A stretch of DNA of 55,112 nt from an uncultured Spartobacteria bacterium (GTDB lineage: Bacteria; Verrucomicrobiota; Verrucomicrobiia; Chthoniobacterales; UBA6821): the NCBI GenBank assembly GCA_903933015.1, contig CAIZIQ010000282.1, positions 1 through 55,112 of the forward strand, written 5' to 3'. Positions 45,717 to 54,735 of this stretch are shown here, piece by piece; position 1 is the first letter of the stretch; the number at the start of each line of letters is the position of its first letter. The notes below the pieces were generated by a model. That model did not search any database. It was given only the letters and a program-made list of their open reading frames with translations, and was not told where the DNA came from. Made by a program: the position numbers and the translations under genes.

Positions 45717-48301
45717 GCTGGCGGGGATGGAACAGTCTGGGATGGAGGGCATCCATTCGGCCGCTGCTGCAACAGCCTCGCGCCTCCCTGCTTGGGATCC
45801 TGAGCGTTGCCCTGGGTGTCTCGGTGTTTCTGGCGATCACGATTGCCAACCGAAGTGCGGTGGAGAGTTTTCACCAAGCCTTTTCCATGGTGACGGGACG
45901 GGCCGACCTGGAAATCCGGGGGAGAATTCCGGAAAATATTTTTCCCCAAGTGCAGGGCTTCTCGGGCATTGCCGGGGCCACGCCGCTGGTCGAGGCGATG
46001 GTGACATTACCGTCATTCCCCGGGGAGTCGCTCCATCTCGTCGGGATCGATCCGTTCACGGCGGGAGATCTGACGAATATCCTGCCGACCCAAGAGGAAC
46101 AAAAAGAAGGGGAAAGCCGTGGATTTGAATCGTGGTTGTCGGGCGACTCGGACATCGCGCTTCCCGCAGAATTTTTGGCGGCGCACGGCGTGGGACTCGG
46201 CGGCTCCATCCTCTTGCAGGGACCGGGCGCCCCAAGGAAGGTAGCTGTGCGCTCCTTGATCCCGTCGGATCATTCCACCTCCGGATCCGGCGTGCGCGTC
46301 GCGGTCATGGACATCGCAACGGCCCAAGAATGGGTAGGGAATCCGGGTTTTCTCTCGGCCATCCTGATCCGACTGAAGTCGCCCGATGATAAGCAGCGGG
46401 TGTTGGACGGCCTCCGGCCACTTCTTCCCTCGGATATCACGATCGACCCTCCGGCCAGACGCACGCATCAGGTGGACGTTATGTTGGCGGCCTTCACGCT
46501 CAACCTGACTGCACTCAGTCTGGTCTCGTTGATGGTCGGGATGTTCTTTGTTGGCAACACGGCGGCGGCCTCCGTCGTGCGACGAAGGGTGACGCTTGGC
46601 ATCCTGCGGGCCGTTGGCACCGGGAGGGGGATGATCCTCGGTATGGTGTTTGCCGAGGCTGCCACCTGCGGACTGATCGGTTCGCTTTTCGGAGTGATGT
46701 TGTCCCCGTTGTTGGCCGGCATGCTAGCGGCACCGGTCGCGCAGACGGTGACGGCACTCTATCTGCCGGTGGATGCCCATGGGGGATGGCCAACGTGGGT
46801 GGAAATGCTGGCCGGAATCGTGGCAGGCGTGTCGGCCTCATTGGTAGCTGCATGGATTCCGGCACGCCAAGCCGCAGCAGTGGACCCCACAAGGGTCCTC
46901 CATCCGGGAGCGGCCCCGGAGATTTTTCCGATGCCTGCGATGCGGCTTGCCGGAGGGGGATTGACCTTGCTGGTTCTGGCCGCGGGAATCTCCTGGTGGA
47001 CGCTTGCCGGGGGCCCCGCCATGTTGGGCTTCGCCGCCGCCTTCCTTGTCCTTGCAGGTTTTTCCCTGGTGGTTCCCCTCGTGACGGAAGCCGCCGCCGC
47101 GCTGGTTTTTTCGCTCAAGCGCTATCGGTTCTTTTCCGGCGGCGTTCTCCTGCAGATTGCCGTGGAGCAGTCGAAGCGTTCCCTCCATCGGACAGCGCCC
47201 ACGATCGCCGCACTCGCCGCCGCGGCCGCGATGACGGTCGGCATCAGCGTGATGATTCATTCCTTCCGCGGCAGCGTGGTGACATGGGCTGCCCGTACGT
47301 TGACGGCTGATCTCTTCATTGCGCCGGCAGCCAATGAGCTGCTGGGGCTGACCCACACCCTTCCCGAGGAAGCGGCAGCGTGGTGGTCCGCAAGGCCTTC
47401 CGTTGCGGAGGTAGGAACCTTCCGCGAGTACGAGAGCAGGACGGCTGCGGGAGAGCCCGTGACGCTGGGCGTAGTGTCGGGGCCGGCCCGCGGGTCGATC
47501 GATTTTCTGCACGGGGAGGGGACGAAGAAAACGGCGCTCCTGCAGGCGGGGGAAGGGGTGGCGCTGTCGGAAAGCCTCGGTCGCCGGTTGAATCTCGGCC
47601 CCGGGGCTTCACTGACATTGGTGGGACCGAAGGGGGGGGTGACGCTCCCCGTGCTTGACCTCTACCGCGACTACACACGCGATCGCGGGATCGCCATGGT
47701 CGGCGCCCCATGGTTTGAGAATTTCTGGGGAGTGAAGGGAGTTCATTCGCTCGCCATCGAATTCCGGCACGGCACATCGCCGGAGCAGATGGATCGCGCG
47801 AGGGCTGCGTTCTTTTCGGTCTTCGGTGGGAAGGAGGCGTTCATCTGCTATAGTAACCGGGCACTCAAGGCGCGGATCGTGGAAATTTTCAACCAGACGT
47901 TCGCGGTGACTGCGGTGTTGAAAACGATCTCGATCGTGGTGGCTGTCGGCGGGGTCATGCTAACACTAGGAATCCTGGTCATGGAGCGAGCGCGTGATCT
48001 TGGAGTCCTCCGTTCCATGGGGGCTTCTACGGGGCAGGTGGTGGTCGTGATGCTTACGGAAGCGGCATTGATCGGCCTGATTGCAAGTTTGGTCGGGATG
48101 TTCAGTGGAGCCGCGCTTTCCCTGGTGTTGACCTGGGTGATTAACAAGGCCTTTTTTGGATGGAGTATTGACCTGGCGTTTCCATGGAAGGAGATGGTCC
48201 TGCTTCCGCTGTGGATGACGGGTGCAGCCTTGCTGGCAGGTTTTTTCCCTGCCTTGAGGGCAGCAAAAATCTCTCCAGCGGCCGCCCTCCGAATGGAATG
48301 A
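45713..48301 (+). CDS. FtsX/MacB-type ABC transporter permease with duplicated FtsX modules (no ATPase gene in the window)
   Basis: An 862-aa ORF. Two 4-TM FtsX-like modules, each preceded by a large extracytoplasmic domain, resemble YbbP-like proteins. Its ATG overlaps the glnD stop (ATGA at 45713-45716). Confidence 0.8.
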   Translation: MSWRGWNSLGWRASIRPLLQQPRASLLGILSVALGVSVFLAITIANRSAVESFHQAFSMVTGRADLEIRGRIPENIFPQVQGFSGIAGATPLVEAMVTLPSFPGESLHLVGIDPFTAGDLTNILPTQEEQKEGESRGFESWLSGDSDIALPAEFLAAHGVGLGGSILLQGPGAPRKVAVRSLIPSDHSTSGSGVRVAVMDIATAQEWVGNPGFLSAILIRLKSPDDKQRVLDGLRPLLPSDITIDPPARRTHQVDVMLAAFTLNLTALSLVSLMVGMFFVGNTAAASVVRRRVTLGILRAVGTGRGMILGMVFAEAATCGLIGSLFGVMLSPLLAGMLAAPVAQTVTALYLPVDAHGGWPTWVEMLAGIVAGVSASLVAAWIPARQAAAVDPTRVLHPGAAPEIFPMPAMRLAGGGLTLLVLAAGISWWTLAGGPAMLGFAAAFLVLAGFSLVVPLVTEAAAALVFSLKRYRFFSGGVLLQIAVEQSKRSLHRTAPTIAALAAAAAMTVGISVMIHSFRGSVVTWAARTLTADLFIAPAANELLGLTHTLPEEAAAWWSARPSVAEVGTFREYESRTAAGEPVTLGVVSGPARGSIDFLHGEGTKKTALLQAGEGVALSESLGRRLNLGPGASLTLVGPKGGVTLPVLDLYRDYTRDRGIAMVGAPWFENFWGVKGVHSLAIEFRHGTSPEQMDRARAAFFSVFGGKEAFICYSNRALKARIVEIFNQTFAVTAVLKTISIVVAVGGVMLTLGILVMERARDLGVLRSMGASTGQVVVVMLTEAALIGLIASLVGMFSGAALSLVLTWVINKAFFGWSIDLAFPWKEMVLLPLWMTGAALLAGFFPALRAAKISPAAALRME

Positions 48302-48449
48302 TCGGTTCTTGGGGCTTCTCCCAGTTCCCGGAAAGTGCGAGCAGGAAGGTTTTTACAAAAAAACCCGCTTTTTTGAAAAAAAGAGGTTGCATGAGGAAGC
48401 AAATCCTATAAGTTGGGCTTATCGAAAGATTGTTCTGGGGGGAACAACA

Positions 48450-48487
48450 GGCCGTCGTACCAATTGGTGCGGCGGCCTGTATCTTTT
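48450..48487 (+). terminator. Rho-independent terminator candidate
   Basis: GGCCGTCGTACC-AATT-GGTGCGGCGGCC forms a 12-bp stem including two G-U pairs, followed by TGTATCTTTTAT. A second small hairpin (TTGTTC-TGGGGG-GAACAA, 48430-48447) lies just upstream. Confidence 0.5.
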
Positions 48488-48543
48488 ATAGGGTTTTTCT
48501 CTGAAAGAGCAGGCATACTTATTCCCCGCTAAATCAAGTTGCC

Positions 48544-51500
48544 ATGCCTCCCAGTCCCGATATTGCTGAAGAGCAAGAACACACCGCCGCCGTTTCCGGC
48601 ACGCCGACAGCGTGGCTGACTCTGGGATTACTGGTCGTGTTGGTGATGGGATGGATTTTCTTTGATACCATCTCCTGCGGAATGCTCAGGGCGGGACTCA
48701 GGGTATTTTGTTGGTGGCGCGGCGATGAGTTGCGCATCGAACGGCTCGACACTACCGGACACGGATGGATCGAAGCGCGCGGCGTGGAATTGCTGCACGG
48801 CCCACACGATCATCGCAGCAGTTGGAAATCGGAGTGGGTGCGCCTCCGCCCCTCCACATTTTCCACAGCACTCTTTCCAGAGAAGAATCAACCGCGCCGC
48901 CTGATTCAGGAGTTGCAGGTCGGAAGCAGCAAAGTCCTGGTCAACCGGAAGATTTCCACATCCGCTGGCGTTCGTGGAGGCACAAAGGATGTCGCCGGTG
49001 ATCGATCTTCCGCGAACGGAGGGTCGTGGGACTTCCTCCCAGCGGCCTGCACGATTGGGCCGATGGATCTGGTGGTGATCGGCGGGAACTACCGGATCGC
49101 GTTCACCGGATTGAACCTCCGCCTCCCCGAGCGCTGGACTGGAAGGATTTCCTACAACGAGGCGGATATCGATCTGGGCAATTGGCATCGGGTGTTTCCA
49201 AAAGCCTCCTCCACGGCTGGTTTGGAGGGGAATACAGTGCGGATCGGTGCGCTGGATTTGGGCAGGCAGATGGAGCTCGGCGGCCTGACCCTTGCGCCGC
49301 GCGATGGAGGGATCGAATTCGGAATCCGTGGACGCGCTGGTGCCGGGCAGTTGCGCGGTGATGGCACGGTCGGCATGGGAGGAGATCCACGACACCTCGA
49401 GATCACGCTCGTCGGTGAGAGACTCAATCTCGAGTCCTTCAACGAAGTGATGCCAAAGGAAAAAGGCGCCACAGGAACCATCAGCCAAGCGAGGCTTACC
49501 TTCCGCGGGGACTCGACTCATCCCATGGATGCCGAGAGTTCGCTCAGACTGATCGCCCGGGATGTTCATTGGCAGGGTCAGGGTTGGGAATCCCTGCGGA
49601 TAGCCGCCACCATGACGGGTCGCAACCTCACCCTTTCCGAACTAACGCTGCAGCAGCAGGGGAATGAAGTTGTTGCCGAGGGACAGAGTCAGCTACCCGC
49701 AGATTGGAGACAGGTGCTCCAGGCTCCATTCACCGCACGCTTTCATGCAGATCTCGAGGATGTGCACACCCTAGCCTCTCTGGTGGGCGCACCCTTCGAT
49801 CAGCTTGCGGGCGCAGTCTACCTGGAAGGTGAAATCAAGGGATCAGAGAACAAGGCGGAGGGATACTGCAACATGTCGGGCAGCCTGCTGAAGATCCGGG
49901 ACCTCCCTCTGGACTGGGTGAAGGGATGCCTTCTCTTCGAGGGAGAAAAGACCCGGCTTAGCCATCTGGAAGCCAGCAGCGGTGAGGACAGCGTCTCCGT
50001 GGAGGGAGCCGTTGCCAACAGCCGCCCCCACGCTTATGCGGGCAGCGCCGAATTCAACATCCGGAATCTCACCAAGCGACTGGCGCAGCTCGGCGTTCAA
50101 ACAGCGCCAGTCATCGGAAGCGGTGGAGTGAAGGGCACCTGGCATGGTGAGGGATCCATGGGCTCCCATCGTGGTTCGTTCCAGACCGAGGTGTCCGACT
50201 GGATTAGTCGCTGGACCACAACCGGCATGACCGGGCGGTTCGAGGGGAGTTATGCGCCCGGGAAACTCGACATTTCCAAAGCAGAAGCCAGGCAGGATGA
50301 CCTCAAACTCAGCTGGAAAATTTCCTCATCGGTCCAAAAGCTGGAAGTTTCTTCGATTGTTGCGATCCGGGAAGGAAAGACCAAGCCGCTCGTCGAAGGG
50401 TCATTCTCAATCCCGGTGAATGCCCTGGATCTCTGGCAGAGCGGCGATCCAGTTCGAACCCTCGGGATGAGTGATGCCCTCGCGGTGAATCTCACGCTGC
50501 ATGGAATCAAGGCGGAGGAACTGGCCCTAGCTCTGGGCCAAAAGGCAACGTTTGCCGGGACCCTCGAAGGAACCGTGGCGGCTTCCGGGACGCCGGCGAG
50601 ACCGGAAATACACTCGTCACTGCAGATAACGCGATTCGAGTTCCCCATGGGAGCAAACACAAAGGATCTCTCCATGACGCTGGAATCAACCAACGGGCGG
50701 CTCGCGTTGAGCCTCCAGCAGGAACCAAGAGCATCCTCACCACTGTATCTGCAACTGGAGATCCCCTTCGGATTGACGAGCGACCAGGGCATGCTGCACC
50801 TTGCCGATACCAAGTCCCCACTACAGGGGGCGGCACGGTTTCGCCATGTTTCGGCGGATGGATGGCTTTCGCTTCTGAGCGGGGGGAAGACACCCCTACA
50901 CCAAGCGATAATCGATGGGAATGGCGCTCTTTCTGGAACGCTCCAGCAGCCCGATCTCCATGGCAATGTCACGATCTCGGCAGACGAGGCGCATCTTTTT
51001 GGAGCCCAACCACTGACAAAGATCGCTCTACCACTGATACTGACCAATACCTCGGTAGCCATCACAAACGGATGGCTCTCCTACGGAGATAAACCAGTGG
51101 CAGTTTCAGGATCATTGGATTGGAAGGGACTGGAACTCCAAGGAAGTCTACGGATGAGTGGAACCAACCTGTCGCTTCCGCTCGCTCAAGGAATCCGTGC
51201 CACCGGGAAGGCGGACTTGGAGCTCTCCGCCATGGGAACGAATGCCCCCGTGCTCGGCGGCGTCATCCAACTCACCTCCCTGGAGAGCAGTTTGCGCGGA
51301 CACCTCACGCCTTTCTTTGCACCCCCTGGGATCAGGACACAGTTCGTTTTTCCAGCGCTGCCAGCAGCAGACGCCCTTCCCAACCTGCTGGTTGATCTCA
51401 CAATCAAGACAACCGGAAACATGCCTGTCACTGCGACGGGATCCCATGCTGGAGTTGGGGCGAAGCCCACCCGCCCGATGGCTGCGGACATGAGCGTGAA

Positions 51501-51981
51501 CGCCGACCTCTCTCTACGAGGAAGTGCCGCGGCCCCTCGTGTGAACGGAACCGTCGAGGTCGAGGATGCCAGGATCGAGCTTCCACCCGGGAGCTTTGTT
51601 GTTCCCAGAGCCAAGCTTCAGCTGGATGGGGATCACGGAGTCACCATCGAGGCAGAGGCCTTCGGGATCACGACGCGCGGTCTCTGCGCCTTGGGTATCA
51701 GCGATTCCGTGGGAGAACCCCGGTTCAAGTTCCAGGGGCCGGCAAATGTGAACGCTCCTGAGATGATGCTCCTTCTTTCCAGGACACCGGCATCAGCCTC
51801 CAGCCCGGAGGCCTTACTCCAGAGTGCCGCGTGGCTTCGTCAGGAAACGATGTTTCCTCTGCCTTCAACCGACTGGATGATTTCCCGACTCGGGAATAAT
51901 CAGCCCTCCTCACTGGGCTTTTACGGATCACCCTGGACCATCAATTGGGATCTCCGTCAGCTCCAACCCTCAACGCATTGA
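48544..51981 (+). CDS. TamB/AsmA-like translocation-and-assembly-module protein
   Basis: An 1145-aa ORF with an N-terminal TM anchor (AWLTLGLLVVLVMGWIFF) and a long beta-rich repetitive body. The C-terminal segment LSLRGSAAAPRVNGTVEVEDARIELP... resembles the TamB C-terminal (DUF490) region. Confidence 0.6.
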   Translation: MPPSPDIAEEQEHTAAVSGTPTAWLTLGLLVVLVMGWIFFDTISCGMLRAGLRVFCWWRGDELRIERLDTTGHGWIEARGVELLHGPHDHRSSWKSEWVRLRPSTFSTALFPEKNQPRRLIQELQVGSSKVLVNRKISTSAGVRGGTKDVAGDRSSANGGSWDFLPAACTIGPMDLVVIGGNYRIAFTGLNLRLPERWTGRISYNEADIDLGNWHRVFPKASSTAGLEGNTVRIGALDLGRQMELGGLTLAPRDGGIEFGIRGRAGAGQLRGDGTVGMGGDPRHLEITLVGERLNLESFNEVMPKEKGATGTISQARLTFRGDSTHPMDAESSLRLIARDVHWQGQGWESLRIAATMTGRNLTLSELTLQQQGNEVVAEGQSQLPADWRQVLQAPFTARFHADLEDVHTLASLVGAPFDQLAGAVYLEGEIKGSENKAEGYCNMSGSLLKIRDLPLDWVKGCLLFEGEKTRLSHLEASSGEDSVSVEGAVANSRPHAYAGSAEFNIRNLTKRLAQLGVQTAPVIGSGGVKGTWHGEGSMGSHRGSFQTEVSDWISRWTTTGMTGRFEGSYAPGKLDISKAEARQDDLKLSWKISSSVQKLEVSSIVAIREGKTKPLVEGSFSIPVNALDLWQSGDPVRTLGMSDALAVNLTLHGIKAEELALALGQKATFAGTLEGTVAASGTPARPEIHSSLQITRFEFPMGANTKDLSMTLESTNGRLALSLQQEPRASSPLYLQLEIPFGLTSDQGMLHLADTKSPLQGAARFRHVSADGWLSLLSGGKTPLHQAIIDGNGALSGTLQQPDLHGNVTISADEAHLFGAQPLTKIALPLILTNTSVAITNGWLSYGDKPVAVSGSLDWKGLELQGSLRMSGTNLSLPLAQGIRATGKADLELSAMGTNAPVLGGVIQLTSLESSLRGHLTPFFAPPGIRTQFVFPALPAADALPNLLVDLTIKTTGNMPVTATGSHAGVGAKPTRPMAADMSVNADLSLRGSAAAPRVNGTVEVEDARIELPPGSFVVPRAKLQLDGDHGVTIEAEAFGITTRGLCALGISDSVGEPRFKFQGPANVNAPEMMLLLSRTPASASSPEALLQSAAWLRQETMFPLPSTDWMISRLGNNQPSSLGFYGSPWTINWDLRQLQPSTH

Positions 51982-51994
51982 TACAACGAAGACT

Positions 51995-52876
51995 ATGGAA
52001 AGCATGACCGGACATGGACGCGGAACTTCTTCCACCGAAGGATGGCGGCTCACGGCCGAGTGCTCCTCGGTGAACCGTAAGGGCGTGGAGATCGCGGTGG
52101 CCCTCCCCAAACCACTCTCCTCGCTCGAGACCAAAGTCCGTGAGCAGGTTCAGAAAGCCGTTGGTCGCGGACGCGTCAATGTCACCATCACGATCGAAAG
52201 CGCAGGCGGATCCGGATCTCAACAAGGTGTCATCGACAAGGAAGCCGCCCAACGCATCCTGAAGGAACTCCGCGATCTCAAGGAGGAGCTTTCCCTGACC
52301 GGAGAGGTTTCTCTCGAGCTGCTGCTCCGCTCGCCCGGTGTCCTCAAAAACCCTGCCGAGGCAACGCCTGATCCCGAAGCTGTCTGGCCGTCTGTGAATG
52401 ACGCGTTGCTGCAGGCGCTCGAGCGAATGACCGCGATGCGACGGAAGGAGGGGGCTCATCTGGTCGCGGACCTGCTCAAGCGCATCAAGATCCTTGAAGC
52501 CGCGGTGAAGGCCGTGCGGGGAAGGGTTCCCGCCCTCTTGCGCCACCGCCGTGATTATCTCAAGGAACGCCTGCTGGAACTCGGAACGCCCGTGTCAGCC
52601 GATGATCCCGTCCTGGCCAGGGAGCTCGCCTTCATGGCGGAGCGGAGCGACATTACCGAGGAACTGACCCGCCTGGAGAGTCACTTCACGCAATGCCGCG
52701 AGGCACTCGCCTCCGACCAGCCCGCCGGCCGCACGCTGGACTATCTTGCCCAGGAGATGTTCCGGGAGTTTAACACGCTGGGGAACAAGGCCTCCGATGC
52801 CGCCATCTCACGACGGGTCGTGCAATCCAAAGCGGAACTCGATAGGATCCGCGAACAAGTCGCCAACCTGGAATAA
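51995..52876 (+). CDS. yicC: YicC/YloC-family protein
   Basis: A 293-aa ORF with an SMTGHGRG N-terminus and a C-terminal DITEELTRL...LDYLAQEMFREFNTLGNKA motif diagnostic of the YicC family. Confidence 0.88.
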   Translation: MESMTGHGRGTSSTEGWRLTAECSSVNRKGVEIAVALPKPLSSLETKVREQVQKAVGRGRVNVTITIESAGGSGSQQGVIDKEAAQRILKELRDLKEELSLTGEVSLELLLRSPGVLKNPAEATPDPEAVWPSVNDALLQALERMTAMRRKEGAHLVADLLKRIKILEAAVKAVRGRVPALLRHRRDYLKERLLELGTPVSADDPVLARELAFMAERSDITEELTRLESHFTQCREALASDQPAGRTLDYLAQEMFREFNTLGNKASDAAISRRVVQSKAELDRIREQVANLE

Positions 52877-52894
52877 ACCGCCAACCCCTCCGTT

Positions 52895-53524
52895 GTGAGC
52901 AATCCCAGCCTCCAGTTCCGCCGAACCGGCATCCTCTTCGTGATTTCGGCGCCCTCGGGCGCCGGCAAGACGACACTCTGCACGGCGCTCCGCCAGAAAC
53001 CCGACTTTGTCTGGTCGGTCTCATGCACGACACGCGCTCCGCGTCCCGGCGAAGTTGATGGCGAGGACTATCACTTTCTCCACCCGCAGGATTTTGAGGC
53101 CAGTCTTGCCAAGGGCGAGTTCCTAGAGCACGCCGAGGTTCACGGCAACCACTACGGGACGCTCAAGGGACCCGTTCTGGAAAATCTCCGCAACGGCATC
53201 GATGTCCTTCTCGACATCGACACCCACGGTGCGGCGAACATACGGGCTTGCGGCGACCCGCTGATACTTCGCGCCCTGGCCGATGTCTTTCTCCTTCCGC
53301 CCGATCTGGAGGAACTCCGCCGCCGCCTCTTGCGTCGAGGTACCGAGACCGAGGAGCAGGTCGAGATCCGGATGAGCAACGCCGCCAAGGAAATGGAGTG
53401 CTGGCGGGACTACCGCTACACGATCATCAACGGTTCGATGGAGGAGAACATCGAGAAGTTCCGCGCCGTCATGCGCGCAGAGCGTTACCTGAGTCACCGC
53501 ATGACGGTGGAAACGTCCCGATAG
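52895..53524 (+). CDS. gmk: Guanylate kinase
   Basis: A 209-aa ORF with a GTG start. It has the P-loop ISAPSGAGKTTL, then TTRAPRPGEVDGEDYHF and EHAEVHGNHYGT. Confidence 0.92.
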   Translation: MSNPSLQFRRTGILFVISAPSGAGKTTLCTALRQKPDFVWSVSCTTRAPRPGEVDGEDYHFLHPQDFEASLAKGEFLEHAEVHGNHYGTLKGPVLENLRNGIDVLLDIDTHGAANIRACGDPLILRALADVFLLPPDLEELRRRLLRRGTETEEQVEIRMSNAAKEMECWRDYRYTIINGSMEENIEKFRAVMRAERYLSHRMTVETSR

Positions 53525-53529
53525 CTTTC

Positions 53530-54102
53530 ATGACTTCCGCGACATCCGTTACTAAAGCGCACGCCACCATACTGCTTGGCGTCACCGGATCGATCGCGGC
53601 CTACAAGGCCGCCGATATCACGAGCCGTCTCCGCGAGGCCGGACATGCAATCCATGTCGTGATGACCCGCCGTGCTCAGGAGTTCATCACGCCGATGACG
53701 CTTGCGACCCTCTCCCGCAATCCCGTGCTCTGCGATCTTACCGAGGAGAAGGAGGGAGCGTGGAAGCCGGGGCACATCGAACTCGCCGACTGTGCGGATC
53801 TTCTTCTCATTGCTCCGGCGTCGGCGAACACCATCGCGCGACTTGCCTGCGGATTCGCGGATGATGCGCTTGGAGCGGTCGCGCTAGCGACGCGCGCGCC
53901 GCTGCTCATCGCTCCGGCGATGAACGGAAAAATGTGGGAGCATCCAGCCACGCGTGACAACACCGAACGACTCCGCGCCCGCGGAGCCTCATTCGTCGGG
54001 CCTGCGGAGGGAATGCTCGCGTGCGGATACGAGGGGACGGGACGGCTAGCCGACGTTGAGGAAATCGTCGCTCACGCGTTGAGCATCGTCGCCCGACGCT
54101 AG
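53530..54102 (+). CDS. coaC: Phosphopantothenoylcysteine decarboxylase-type flavoprotein (CoaC domain only)
   Basis: This is the internal ATG of ORF 53248..54102, giving 190 aa. GVTGSIAAYKAADITSRL, HIELADCADLLLIAPASANTIARLACGFADD and PAMNGKMW are typical of the flavoprotein (PF02441) half of CoaBC. No CoaB half follows. Confidence 0.85.
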   Translation: MTSATSVTKAHATILLGVTGSIAAYKAADITSRLREAGHAIHVVMTRRAQEFITPMTLATLSRNPVLCDLTEEKEGAWKPGHIELADCADLLLIAPASANTIARLACGFADDALGAVALATRAPLLIAPAMNGKMWEHPATRDNTERLRARGASFVGPAEGMLACGYEGTGRLADVEEIVAHALSIVARR

Positions 54103-54162
54103 AGCGTTCGCTGCTCGCGAAAAGCGCGCCCATCAAAACAAGAAAAAAGTTTTGAAAATCCG

Positions 54163-54191
54163 TTGACGCACCACGCACAACGACTTATTCA
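54163..54191 (+). promoter_or_regulatory. Sigma70-like promoter candidate for the histone-like gene
   Basis: TTGACG (54163-54168), a 17-nt spacer, then TATTCA (54186-54191). The promoter is overlapped by direct repeats of TTATTCACA at 54185-54193 and 54206-54214, plus GTTTTCACA at 54217-54225. Confidence 0.45.
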
Positions 54192-54261
54192 CAATCGGTA
54201 GTGAGTTATTCACATTGTTTTCACACACACCGCCCATGCGGAACAAAGGAGGTGGATTGAA

Positions 54262-54438
54262 ATGCCCGTTAAGAAAAAAGCTGCAGCCAAGAAGGCTGTG
54301 AAGAAAGTTGTCAAGAAGGCCCCGGCCAAGAAGGTCGTGAAGAAGGCCGTCAAGAAGGTCGCGAAGAAAGCCCCTGCTAAGAAGGTTGCCAAGAAGGCTC
54401 CTGCTAAGAAGAAGGCCGTCGCAAAGAAAAAGAAGTAA
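54262..54438 (+). CDS. Histone H1-like Lys/Ala-rich nucleoid-associated protein (58 aa; absent from the ORF track because it is under 60 aa)
   Basis: Manual translation gives MPVKKKAAAKKAVKKVVKKAPAKKVVKKAVKKVAKKAPAKKVAKKAPAKKKAVAKKKK. A strong Shine-Dalgarno sequence (AAGGAGGTGG, 54246-54255) lies 6 nt before the ATG, and a canonical terminator follows. The long minus-strand ORFs here are mirror artefacts of the AAG/GCC periodicity. Confidence 0.8.
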   Translation: MPVKKKAAAKKAVKKVVKKAPAKKVVKKAVKKVAKKAPAKKVAKKAPAKKKAVAKKKK

Positions 54439-54483
54439 GTATCCCTCCCGCCGGAACAACCTTTCGGCGACGAGCTAAAACTT

Positions 54484-54519
54484 GGGGGAAGCGCCACAAA
54501 CGCTTCCCCCAATTTTTTT
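54484..54519 (+). terminator. Rho-independent terminator
   Basis: GGGGGAAGCG-CCACAAA-CGCTTCCCCC forms a 10-bp GC-rich stem, followed by AATTTTTTTG. Confidence 0.85.
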
Positions 54520-54735
54520 GTCCTGGGTTTTCAGGGCTTGGTGAAATCATCGAAGTCGTCGTAAAATACCCCAGGTTCCACGGAGACACGGAAACCAACA
54601 AGGGCTGACCTGCCTGCAATCCATCGTGAAAAGAGGGTGCTCCGCGGTGCTTCTGCATAATTCAAAAAAGCCCTAATCCTTCAGGTCTTAAGTTTCAGGT
54701 TTCATCCCTCCTCTACCTCCGCTACTGAATTTCAA

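Noticed and set aside
54133-54512. Minus-strand ORFs of 108 and 100 aa (Leu/Phe/Gly-rich) across the histone-like locus
   Set aside because: They are reverse-complement reading frames of the AAG/GCC-periodic Lys/Ala gene. The promoter, Shine-Dalgarno sequence and terminator all support the plus-strand 58-aa CDS.
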